Source: Rhodobacterales bacterium (GTDB lineage Bacteria > Pseudomonadota > Alphaproteobacteria > Rhodobacterales > Rhodobacteraceae). From it: a DNA stretch of 41,736 bases. The position numbers and the translations under genes were made by a program. Location of the stretch: positions 1 through 41,736 of the forward strand of contig JAUZRV010000207.1 of NCBI GenBank assembly GCA_030950105.1. The letters are read 5' to 3'. Numbering within the stretch: position 1 is the stretch's first letter; every line of letters begins with the position of its first letter. Positions 28,769-37,631 of the stretch are shown here, piece after piece. The notes beneath the pieces were generated by a model that was not told the DNA's origin, made no database searches, and was given only the letters and a program-made list of their open reading frames with translations.

Positions 28769-29557
28769 ATGGACCCGTTGCACCCCCTCATAAAAGCCCT
28801 TCATAACGACGGGCGTTTGCGTGTTTGGTCGCTTGTCATCACCGTATTTGGCGACAGCGTGCAACGACGCGGCGCGGTGATTTCCAATACCCGCCTGCAA
28901 ATGCTGCTCGGGCGGATCGGGGTCGAACGCGGCACCTTGCGCACCGCCCTGTCTCGCTTGGCCAAAGATGGCTGGCTCGAAACCGAACGCACCGGACGCG
29001 CCAGTTGCTACCGCCTCAGCAAAAGCGGCATTGCCAAATTCGCCGATGCAACCGGACAGATTTATGCGCCCGTCAATGACACGCCGGTAAAAGAATGGAG
29101 CATCTCCATAGGGCGGACCCTTGCAGGCGTTGAAATCGCACCAAATGTATTTCTAAACCCGGCCCAGCAAGACACGCCCGATCAAAACCCGGATTTCCGC
29201 CTGCGGGGAAAGCTGGATATTCTGTCGGTGCAAATGCGTGCAAACCTGATGAGCAATGAACACAGAAAATCGCTTGCTGCGATGCTGCGCGATGTTTCAG
29301 TATTGCGTGGTTTGACACTTGATCCGCTCGCCTCTGCGGCGGCGCGCACTTTGCTTATTCACCGCTGGCGGCGTTTGATTTTGCGATTTCCGGAATTGCC
29401 GCTAGAGTTGCTGCCCGACGGATCTTTTGACACCTCGCCACGGGCGCAAGTGCGCGATGTGTATCGCGCATTGACCCCGCAGGCAGAACAATGGCTGACA
29501 AGCGACGAAGGCAATCTCAAACCAATGCCCCCCCCCGATGCAACACGGCGGTTTTAA
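28769..29557 (+). CDS. paaX: PaaX-family transcriptional regulator
   Basis: N-terminal winged helix with RVWSLVITVFGD...GTLRTALSRLAKDGWLE...YRLS, typical of PaaX. Confidence 0.78.
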   Translation: MDPLHPLIKALHNDGRLRVWSLVITVFGDSVQRRGAVISNTRLQMLLGRIGVERGTLRTALSRLAKDGWLETERTGRASCYRLSKSGIAKFADATGQIYAPVNDTPVKEWSISIGRTLAGVEIAPNVFLNPAQQDTPDQNPDFRLRGKLDILSVQMRANLMSNEHRKSLAAMLRDVSVLRGLTLDPLASAAARTLLIHRWRRLILRFPELPLELLPDGSFDTSPRAQVRDVYRALTPQAEQWLTSDEGNLKPMPPPDATRRF

Positions 29558-29566
29558 AGAACACGG

Positions 29567-29764
29567 TTAAACTGCGGTCGCCTCATAACCTTCTGCTTTA
29601 AGGGCCGCAATCAATCCCGCCGCATCTATATCGCTCTCGATTGCGACGGTCCGAGCATCCATATCAAACTCCAGATCAGCAAGATCATCAACACCGGCAA
29701 CGGCTTTTTCAACCGCCGCCTTGCAATGCCCACAGCTCATTTCGGGCACGTTCAATTTTGTCAT
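29567..29764 (-). CDS. copZ: Heavy-metal-associated (HMA) domain copper chaperone, CopZ-like
   Basis: MTKLNVPEMSCGHCKAAVEKAV carries the MxCxxC metal-binding motif. The start is moved to the ATG 8 nt after a GAGG SD. Confidence 0.85.
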   Translation of the reverse strand: MTKLNVPEMSCGHCKAAVEKAVAGVDDLADLEFDMDARTVAIESDIDAAGLIAALKAEGYEATAV

Positions 29765-29836
29765 TTCCATTTCCTCATGATGATTCACCGTCTTTCTAGG
29801 GATTCCAGCAAGGGGAAGGTCAAGCACTTAAGCCTC

Positions 29837-31294
29837 TTAAACCACGGCAAATTGCCCCATCATGCCACCATCTTCATGTTCAAGGATATGACAGTGAAAC
29901 ATATAGGGAAAAGAAGGCGACGCCGCATGATCAAACCGCATCGCAATCTCGGCTTCGCCATTTACGAGAACCATATCTTTCCAGCCCCGATTACGCGGTG
30001 ACACAGGCCCGCCATTTTCGCTCAATACCTGAAATTTCACGCCATGCACATGAAACGGGTGCATCATCATCGCACCGCGCACCCGCCAGATCTCGGTGCT
30101 GCCGCGTTTGATGGTGAAATTCAGCTTGCTCATATCATAGGATTCGCCGTTGATCGAAAACGCGCTCCCGCCAAACACACTGCGCACCATCATTCCCATA
30201 CCCATCCCCATATCAAGGGTAATGTTGCGGCGCCGGGCACCCGCAAGATCCACATTTGCCAACGTGCCCCCCAACTTTCCCGGAAGCACGTCAATGCGCG
30301 CGGCAAGGGTGGTATTCACTTCAAAAGGCAGCACCGGGAAACTGCCCGAAGATTGCCCGCCGCCCCCCATCATGCCGCCCATCATCCCCCGATTGGGGTT
30401 TGACCGACTGACCAAAGTCGTGCCTGCGCCGCTTGAAAAATCGACAAGAACCTCGGCCCGTTCCCCTGACGCAAGCGCGAGTTGGGTGACGACCTGTGGC
30501 TGATCCAACAGCCCGTTATCTCCGGCAATCAAATGCATCGGACGGCCATCGGCCATCGACAATACATAAATTCGCGCATTGGACCCATTCAACAGGCGCA
30601 ACCGCACAATACCTTTTGGAACCGCCGCGACCGGATTGACCTGCCCGTTTACAACCATGGTATCGCCGATAAATCCCATCATCTGTTCCTGGCGTCCCGG
30701 ATTATAATTCATCCGCCCCGAGCGATCAAAACGGCGATCTTGCAAAACGAGGGTCAAATCATCAACCCCATAGGTCGACGGCAATCCGCGCGTATCGTCT
30801 TGGCCGTCGCTCAATTGCAGCACTCCGGCCAACCCGTTGGAAACATGCGCCGCCGTGCGGCCATGAATGTGACTGTGATACCACAGCGTTGCGGTCGGCT
30901 GATCAATCGGCAAAACAGGATTCCATGTCGCACCGGGTGCAACCGGATTATGCGGGCCGCCATCTACTTCGCCGGGGATCAGCAAACCGTGCCAATGCAC
31001 CGATATATCCTCGCGTAGGGTATTGGTCACCTCCGCCTGCACCTCCCCCTTGTGCGCAACGCGCAAAGTTGGCCCGAGGTAGGGTTGATTAAATCCCCAT
31101 GTGTCACTGTCTGACTGGCCCAGAAAATTGACCTTGGCCGCCTGTGCATTCAACGCAAACCGCCCGCTTGTGGTGGTGTCGAGCAGCGGTGGCATTGCCA
31201 ACCTGCGTGGCGTATTTTGCGCAAATGCCGGCATGGCCAATGCGGCCAGAGTGCTCGCACCCAAGCCAATACCGAAGTCCCGTCTGGTGATCAT
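29837..31294 (-). CDS. Tat-exported multicopper oxidase (CueO/CopA-like) with Met-rich inserts
   Basis: Twin-arginine signal MITRRDFGIGLGASTLAALAMPAFA. Copper-ligand motifs HWHG, WYHSH, HPFHVHG and HCHILEHEDGGMM. Met-rich stretches MMGGMMGGGG and MGMGMGMM. Confidence 0.9.
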   Translation of the reverse strand: MITRRDFGIGLGASTLAALAMPAFAQNTPRRLAMPPLLDTTTSGRFALNAQAAKVNFLGQSDSDTWGFNQPYLGPTLRVAHKGEVQAEVTNTLREDISVHWHGLLIPGEVDGGPHNPVAPGATWNPVLPIDQPTATLWYHSHIHGRTAAHVSNGLAGVLQLSDGQDDTRGLPSTYGVDDLTLVLQDRRFDRSGRMNYNPGRQEQMMGFIGDTMVVNGQVNPVAAVPKGIVRLRLLNGSNARIYVLSMADGRPMHLIAGDNGLLDQPQVVTQLALASGERAEVLVDFSSGAGTTLVSRSNPNRGMMGGMMGGGGQSSGSFPVLPFEVNTTLAARIDVLPGKLGGTLANVDLAGARRRNITLDMGMGMGMMVRSVFGGSAFSINGESYDMSKLNFTIKRGSTEIWRVRGAMMMHPFHVHGVKFQVLSENGGPVSPRNRGWKDMVLVNGEAEIAMRFDHAASPSFPYMFHCHILEHEDGGMMGQFAVV

Positions 31295-31347
31295 GGTTCA
31301 ACCCTCATAAGTCAGTTCTGGTTTATGCAAAGGTAGATTGAGATCAC

Positions 31348-31398
31348 GTTACATGCAATCAATGGAATGTACCGAAGTGTATCGAAGTGTATCGAAGC
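31348..31398. repeat. Inverted repeat GTTACAT-N12-ATGTACC overlapping three tandem 10-bp units GTA(C/T)CGAAG(T/C), upstream of the multicopper oxidase
   Basis: Directly visible: gttacat(31348-54)...atgtacc(31367-73); gtaccgaagt gtatcgaagt gtatcgaagc (31369-31398). Confidence 0.8.
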
Positions 31399-31441
31399 GC
31401 AGGTTTCGTGACACATCACAAATCCTCCAACCATGATCGCC

Positions 31442-32201
31442 TTATGGTGTTTTCAACCAGTTCAACCCGTCTTCGGTGCGCCCCTCTGGATGATATTCAC
31501 CGCTTACATATCCGGCATACCCGTCTTCCTTGAGGCGCGCAAAAAACGCCGGATAATCAATGTCACCTTTCACCGGCTCATGTCTGTTCAACGCCCCCGC
31601 GATCTGGATATGACGGGCGCGATGGCCATGTGTTGCCCAGGTCTCCAACGTATCGCCGGTGATGTGATGGGCATGATAGGCGTCAAACTGAAGCGCAAGG
31701 TTTGGCGCATTGACCACATCGAGAATTTCAGCAGCCAAATCAAAGTCATTGAGAAAATAGCCGGGCATATCGTGGTTGTTGATCGGCTCGATCGTTAGGC
31801 TTTGATCTTCGGCATGCGTGGTTGCCCACTTCAAATTCTCGATAAACGTGGCCTTCGCCACCGGCCCTTCGGCACACCCCGACATGATATGAAGATGCTG
31901 CGCGCCCAACATATCCGCGAACCGCATCGCACGTTTGAAATCATGGCGAAACCTGTCTTGCCCGCCAATAACCGCCGCAAATCCGCGATCACCGCCGGTC
32001 CTAGTTGGGCGGTGGCGTATTGATCAACACCAGATCAAGATCATTCCGCAGAAGCCGGTCCTTTATCTCGCTGGCCGGCACATCATAGGGAAACAGAACC
32101 TCGACAGCGGTAAAACCGGCAATCCGTGCCTCGGCGAAACGCTCAAGAAACGGAAGTTCTTTGAATAGAAACGAAAGATTTGCAGCAAATTTTAATGTCA
32201 T
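31442..32201 (-). pseudogene. hyi: Hydroxypyruvate isomerase-family (Hyi/OtnI-like) gene disrupted by a 1-nt frameshift
   Basis: The N-terminal fragment (MTLKFAANLSFLF...LINTPPPN*) and the C-terminal fragment (...IEPINNHDMPGYFL...QFDAYH...HIQIAG...GEYHPEG) lie in different frames. Removing plus-strand t32002 restores PPNWTGGDRGF, and the frames then join. Confidence 0.8.
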
Positions 32202-32296
32202 GCCGTCATGTATTGCATGTATCGAAGGGATTTTCAAAATCCAGAAGGCTTAGAGCCGAAATTAGCCCTAAATCAATAAAGAACGGCACATCGCGA

Positions 32297-32911
32297 TCAC
32301 TCGGCAAGTTCGCTTGAGGCAATCACCGGAAAAAACGCGCCTTTGGAAAACAACCCGAACCAGCTTTGCCCATCCACGTCGTGATGCACGCAAATATCAA
32401 CCAGCCGGTAAAAACTCTTGCGGTCAATCAATGCCTCAAGATTGGCCCGCACCAATACATAAGGCGACGGTTCGCCGGTTTGCGGGTCGCGCACCACCCG
32501 TATCGGCGCATCGGGGCCCGCAACCACCATATCGCCAACATTGGTCTCGAATGTGATTTCCTGATCAGCACCGGCATTGGTCACTTCAAAATCCACCGCC
32601 ACAAACGGTGCGTCATCCACGGTTATTCCGACCTTTTCAACGGGAGTCACCAAAAAATAATCGTCGCCATCACGGCGCAGCACAGTCGAAAACAGGCGCA
32701 CCAATTCGGGCCGCCCGATAGGAGTGCCAAGGTAAAACCACGTCCCGTCACGGGCGATTCGCATATCAAGATCACCGCAAAATGGCGGGTTCCACAGATG
32801 CACGGGCGGCAAACCGCGCCCCTTCACCGACCGCGCCGCCGCTGCTATTCCCTCTGCCGAGGGCGTTTTATTTGTGTTCACGGGATTTTGTTCGCTCATT
32901 GCTTTTGCCAT
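32297..32911 (-). CDS. DUF1285 domain-containing protein
   Basis: PPVHLWNPPFCGDLDMRIARDGTWFYLGTPIGRPELVRLFSTVLRRD is the typical DUF1285 N-terminal signature. The gene is divergent from moxR. Confidence 0.8.
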   Translation of the reverse strand: MAKAMSEQNPVNTNKTPSAEGIAAAARSVKGRGLPPVHLWNPPFCGDLDMRIARDGTWFYLGTPIGRPELVRLFSTVLRRDGDDYFLVTPVEKVGITVDDAPFVAVDFEVTNAGADQEITFETNVGDMVVAGPDAPIRVVRDPQTGEPSPYVLVRANLEALIDRKSFYRLVDICVHHDVDGQSWFGLFSKGAFFPVIASSELAE

Positions 32912-32968
32912 TTCCGCATCAGACGATAGAATACAGCCAACAGTATAGAATATTCAGGAGTTTTTACC

Positions 32969-33985
32969 ATGAGTGATGTGAATGATTCTACCAAATTGGT
33001 GGACGAGATCGAGGCGCTCGAGGGGAAACTCGCTTTGGCCAAGGCGTCGATCACCAAACGCTTCATCGGACAAGATCGCGTGGTTGACCTTACTCTGACG
33101 GCGTTGCTTTGTGGTGGCCATGCGCTGTTGATCGGTTTGCCGGGGTTGGGGAAAACCCGCCTTGTTGAAACCCTAAGCACGGTGATGGGGCTTGATGGCA
33201 ACCGTATTCAGTTCACCCCCGATTTAATGCCTGCCGATATTCTGGGGTCCGAGGTTCTGGAAACCGCCAATGACGGTAGCCGCGCCTTTCGATTTATCAA
33301 AGGCCCGATATTTTGCCAGCTTTTAATGGCCGACGAAATCAACCGCGCAAGCCCGCGCACCCAATCCGCCCTGCTTCAGGCGATGCAGGAACGGCAGGTT
33401 TCCGTCGCTGGCGAAGATCGCGCGCTTGATGCGCCGTTCCATGTGCTTGCCACCCAAAACCCGATTGAACAGGAAGGCACCTACCCGCTTCCCGAGGCGC
33501 AGCTTGACCGCTTTCTGGTGCAAATTGATGTACCTTATCCGGATCGCGCCACCGAACGTGATATCCTGATCGCGACAACCGGCGCCCAAGAGGAACAGGC
33601 GCATGGCGTGTTTACCGCTGCCGAATTGGTCGCGGCGCAAACCCTGCTGCGCCGGATGCCGGTAGGCGACAACGTTGTCGAAATGATCCTCGATCTGGTG
33701 CGCGCCTTTCGCCCCGAAGACGAAAGTGCCTCGCAGATGGTGCGTGAAAACGTGGCTTGGGGTCCGGGACCGCGCGCGGCGCAAGCACTGATGCTCACAG
33801 TAAGGGCGCGCGCATTGCTACAGGGACGGCTTGCCCCGTCTATCGAGGATGTGATTGATATGGCCGAGCCGGTTCTTAGTCACCGGATGGCGCTTGGGTT
33901 CGGGGCGCGCGCACGCGGTGATACTCTTGCGGATCTGATTGCGCAGACGATAACGCAGGTGACCAAAGTAGCGGCCGCGGCGTGA
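32969..33985 (+). CDS. MoxR-family AAA+ ATPase
   Basis: Walker A GLPGLGKT, Walker B LMADEINRASPRTQSALLQAM, FHVLATQNPIEQEGTYPLPEAQLDRF, and a CAGGAG SD. Confidence 0.92.
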   Translation: MSDVNDSTKLVDEIEALEGKLALAKASITKRFIGQDRVVDLTLTALLCGGHALLIGLPGLGKTRLVETLSTVMGLDGNRIQFTPDLMPADILGSEVLETANDGSRAFRFIKGPIFCQLLMADEINRASPRTQSALLQAMQERQVSVAGEDRALDAPFHVLATQNPIEQEGTYPLPEAQLDRFLVQIDVPYPDRATERDILIATTGAQEEQAHGVFTAAELVAAQTLLRRMPVGDNVVEMILDLVRAFRPEDESASQMVRENVAWGPGPRAAQALMLTVRARALLQGRLAPSIEDVIDMAEPVLSHRMALGFGARARGDTLADLIAQTITQVTKVAAAA

Positions 33986-34887
33986 TGACATCCGCAATAC
34001 TGCGCCAACATGCCGAAGGCGAGGCCGCGAAACTGCCCCCGCTTCTGGCACGTGCCGAACATCTTGCCGGCACTGTCTTACTCGGAGAGCACGGGCGCAG
34101 GCGCGCCGGTCTTGGCGATGATTTCTGGCAATATCGCCCAGCGCAAATAGGGGATGGCGCGCGGATGATTGATTGGCGCAGGTCGGCCAAAAGCGATGCC
34201 CAATTCGTGCGTGAACGTGAATGGCAAATTGCGCAAACCGTGATGTTTTGGGTTGATAATGCCGCCTCGATGCAATTTTCAAGCGGCAAGAACCACCCCA
34301 CCAAGGGCGACCGCGCGCAGCTTGTTGCGATGGCCACAGCAATTCTGTTGCAACGTGGCGGCGAACGGATTGGCCTTACCGGAAGCGCCTTGCCCCCCCA
34401 ACGCGGTGAAGCCCAGGTTTTGCGCATGTCAGAATTTCTTGCCCAGACGCCAGATACAGACAGTGCCGCCGATTTTGGCGCGCCCGTCGCCAGTGGTATC
34501 CCCGCCCATGCCCGCACGGTTTTCATCTCTGATTTCATGGGCGATCTCGCTCCTGTGCAGGCCGCGCTTACCCAATCTGCGGATCACGGGGTGCGCGGGG
34601 TTCTGCTTCAGGTGCTTGATCCTGCCGAAGAAGCATTTCCATTTTCCGGGCGCACGATATTTGAAAGCATGGGCAAAACCATTCGTCATGAAACCTTGAA
34701 AGCTGCCGATTTGAAAGAACGGTATTTGCAACGCCTTGCCGGTCGCAAGGCGGCGCTTTCCGCGCTTTGCGACCTTGCAGGGTGGCAATACCATTGCCAT
34801 CACACTGACAAATCCGCGCAATCGGCGCTTTTATGGATATACCGTGCCCTTGATCAGGCCGCATTTCATGGCAGGGGTTTCGCATGA
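33985..34887 (+). CDS. DUF58 domain-containing protein (VWA-like, MoxR partner)
   Basis: DDFWQYRPAQIGDGARMIDWRRSAK and VDNAASM (a degenerate MIDAS-like motif) are typical of DUF58. The ATG at 33985 overlaps the moxR TGA (TGATG); an alternative GTG lies at 33982. Confidence 0.85.
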   Translation: MTSAILRQHAEGEAAKLPPLLARAEHLAGTVLLGEHGRRRAGLGDDFWQYRPAQIGDGARMIDWRRSAKSDAQFVREREWQIAQTVMFWVDNAASMQFSSGKNHPTKGDRAQLVAMATAILLQRGGERIGLTGSALPPQRGEAQVLRMSEFLAQTPDTDSAADFGAPVASGIPAHARTVFISDFMGDLAPVQAALTQSADHGVRGVLLQVLDPAEEAFPFSGRTIFESMGKTIRHETLKAADLKERYLQRLAGRKAALSALCDLAGWQYHCHHTDKSAQSALLWIYRALDQAAFHGRGFA

Positions 34888-37631
34888 TCGGCGCGCTCGG
34901 GTTTACCACGCCCGCGCTATTGCTGGCCTTGTTGGCATTGCCGGTTTTGTGGCTGATTTTGCGGGCGGTTCCACCGTCTCCGGCACGCCGCTTGTTTCCC
35001 GGTGTGGTTTTGCTGCTCGGTCTCAAAGACGACGATACAGTGACCGACCGCACGCCGTGGTGGTTGCTATTGCTGCGCCTTTTGGCCGTTGCCGCGATCA
35101 TTATTGGCCTCGCTGGGCCGGTCTTGAATCCCGAGAAACAAACCGTCGGGAACGGCCCGTTGTTGATCGTTATGGATGCCAGCTGGGCCAGCGCCCAAAG
35201 TTGGCGCGCGCGTTTGCAATCGCTTGATGCGATAATTGCACAAGCGGGGCGTGACGGGCGACGGGTGGCTGCGGTGCGCCTAAGCACCCCCGAACAGCCG
35301 GTTTTTCAAAGTGCCGAAACCCTGCGCGCGCGGATTGCCGGAATGGGACCAGATCCATGGGCACCTTCCGAGAATACCATGCGGGAATTTTCGAACCTGC
35401 TTGGCGAGGAAACTTTTGAAACCATATGGATGTCTGACGCCTTGGATCGGGCGGGTCGGGCGCAATTGCTCGCCGCCTTGGAAAAACATGGAGCGGTGCG
35501 GGTCATTGAAACGACGCGCGCGGTGCTTGGGTTGCTGCCTGCGTCCTTTGCGGATGGCGCCGTGCAACTTATCGCACAGCGGTCCCGCGCCGGAATTGCG
35601 GCCGATATCGTCGTGCAGGCCCATGGCCGTGATCCGGCGGGCACAATGCGGGTTCTCGGCGTGTTGCCGTTGCAATTCGACGCGGATGCAACGGTTGCCA
35701 GCGGCGCGCTTTCGCTCCCTTCCGAATTGCGCGCACGGGTTACACGGTTTGAAATCAAAGGCGCACATTCCGCCGGTGCCGTGGCCCTGTCGGATGACAG
35801 TTTGCGCCGCCGCGAGGTTGCCTTGATCGCCGGGCGCGACGACCGCGAGGGTCTTGAACTGCTCTCGCCACTCTACTATTTGAACCGCGCCTTGGCCCCG
35901 TCTACCGATCTACTGGATGGTGCGTTGATGGATATCCTGCCGGCCAACCCCGATGTCATCATACTTGCCGATGTTGCCATTTTGGCCGATGCGGAACAAT
36001 CTGCATTGCTGGAATGGGTCGATGCGGGCGGGCTTTTGGTGCGTTTTGCCGGTCCGCGCCTCGCCGCGAGTCCCATAAGCCGCAAGGAAGAACACCCTCT
36101 TATGCCGGTGCGCCTGCGTTCCGGCGGGCGCAGCGTCGGCGGCGCGATGAGTTGGGGCGCGCCAAAAGCGCTCGCGCCTTTTTCCGAAACCAGCCCGTTT
36201 TTCGGCCTTGCCATCGCAAGCGACGTTACCGTGTCGTCACAAGTTGTGGCACAGCCCGACCCGACATTGGCAGCGCGCGTTATTGCCCAGCTTTCCGATG
36301 GCACGCCACTGGTAACGCGCAAAACTATCGGCGCGGGTCAGGTGGTCTTGTTCCATGTTACCGCCAACGCAGAATGGTCAAGCCTGCCGCTTTCCGGTCT
36401 TTTCGTCGAGATGCTGGCGCGCCTTGCGGTGTCGTCATCAACGGCCACCCCGGATGCCGCCGATCTTGCTGGCACCACGTGGCAACCGATCCGCGTCCTA
36501 AGCGGGTTTGGGGCACTCGAAGACGGGTCAACCCTCCCCGGTGTGAAAGGCGAAGATTTGCTGAAATCACCCCTTGGGCCGACTTTGCGCCCCGGTGTTT
36601 ACGCAGGAGAATCGCGCACCTTGGCCCGCAACATTAACCTCGCAGGGGAAGCATTTGCCGCTACGAATTGGCCTTCTCATATCTCTGTCGAGGGCATTAC
36701 CCGCGCGTCCCAAACCCCGCTCACGGGTATTTTGCTCGCTTTGGCGATGGTGTTATTGGCGGCGGATGTGATCGCGTCTCTCGCTTTGTCAGGAAAATTT
36801 CGATTGGCGCCGGCGATAATTGTTCTGCTGGCTCTTTTGGCCCCTGAAAAACCGGCAATGGCCCAAACTCTTGATGACGAGGCGGCGGTAAACGCCACCG
36901 CCGAATTGGTGCTTGCCCATGTTCTCACCGGAAATCAGGCCCTTGACGATACGGCCAATGCCGGGCTTCTCGGCCTTTCCGAGGTTCTGTTTTTCCGCAC
37001 ATCTGTGGAACCCGCCAATCCAATCGGGGTTAATCTTGAAACCGATGATATTGGCTATTACCCTTTGCTTTACTGGCCAATAACCCCTGAACAACCGCGC
37101 CCTTCCCAAGAAGCCTATGCCAAACTTAACCAGTATTTGCGCAGTGGCGGGATGATCCTGTTTGATACGCGCGACGCCGGTATTGCCCGTTTCGGCGGAA
37201 GCAGTCCCAATGGGCGCGCCTTGCAATCTCTTGCCGCACCTCTCGATATCCCCCGCCTTGAACCGGTTCCCGAGGATCACGTTTTAACGCGTGCTTTTTA
37301 CCTGCTACAGGATTTCCCGGGCCGCTATGCGCGTGGGGCTCTCTGGGTCGAGGCCGCGCCACCGGACGCCGAGAAAATCGAAGGGATGCCGTTTCGCAAT
37401 CTCAATGATGGCGTGACGCCGGTGGTGATTGGCGGCAACGACTGGGCAAGTGCGTGGGCCGTTGATGCCCGCGGCAATAACCTGTTTCCGGTCGGGCGCG
37501 GCTTTGGCGGTGAACGGCAACGCGAAATGGCCTATCGCTTTGGGGTCAATTTGGTGATGTATGTTCTAAGCGGCAATTATAAATCCGATCAGGTGCATGT
37601 GCCTGCCCTTCTCGAAAGGCTTGGCCAATGA
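34884..37631 (+). CDS. Large membrane protein: BatA-type N-terminal double-TM domain plus central domain, internal TM pair and C-terminal DUF4159-like domain
   Basis: N-terminus FTTPALLLALLALPVLWLILRAVPP...WWLLLLRLLAVAAII. C-terminal region YYPLLYWP...GGMILFDTRDAG...YVLSGNYKSDQVHVPALLERL. The start forms an ATGA overlap with the DUF58 stop. Confidence 0.72.
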   Translation: MIGALGFTTPALLLALLALPVLWLILRAVPPSPARRLFPGVVLLLGLKDDDTVTDRTPWWLLLLRLLAVAAIIIGLAGPVLNPEKQTVGNGPLLIVMDASWASAQSWRARLQSLDAIIAQAGRDGRRVAAVRLSTPEQPVFQSAETLRARIAGMGPDPWAPSENTMREFSNLLGEETFETIWMSDALDRAGRAQLLAALEKHGAVRVIETTRAVLGLLPASFADGAVQLIAQRSRAGIAADIVVQAHGRDPAGTMRVLGVLPLQFDADATVASGALSLPSELRARVTRFEIKGAHSAGAVALSDDSLRRREVALIAGRDDREGLELLSPLYYLNRALAPSTDLLDGALMDILPANPDVIILADVAILADAEQSALLEWVDAGGLLVRFAGPRLAASPISRKEEHPLMPVRLRSGGRSVGGAMSWGAPKALAPFSETSPFFGLAIASDVTVSSQVVAQPDPTLAARVIAQLSDGTPLVTRKTIGAGQVVLFHVTANAEWSSLPLSGLFVEMLARLAVSSSTATPDAADLAGTTWQPIRVLSGFGALEDGSTLPGVKGEDLLKSPLGPTLRPGVYAGESRTLARNINLAGEAFAATNWPSHISVEGITRASQTPLTGILLALAMVLLAADVIASLALSGKFRLAPAIIVLLALLAPEKPAMAQTLDDEAAVNATAELVLAHVLTGNQALDDTANAGLLGLSEVLFFRTSVEPANPIGVNLETDDIGYYPLLYWPITPEQPRPSQEAYAKLNQYLRSGGMILFDTRDAGIARFGGSSPNGRALQSLAAPLDIPRLEPVPEDHVLTRAFYLLQDFPGRYARGALWVEAAPPDAEKIEGMPFRNLNDGVTPVVIGGNDWASAWAVDARGNNLFPVGRGFGGERQREMAYRFGVNLVMYVLSGNYKSDQVHVPALLERLGQ

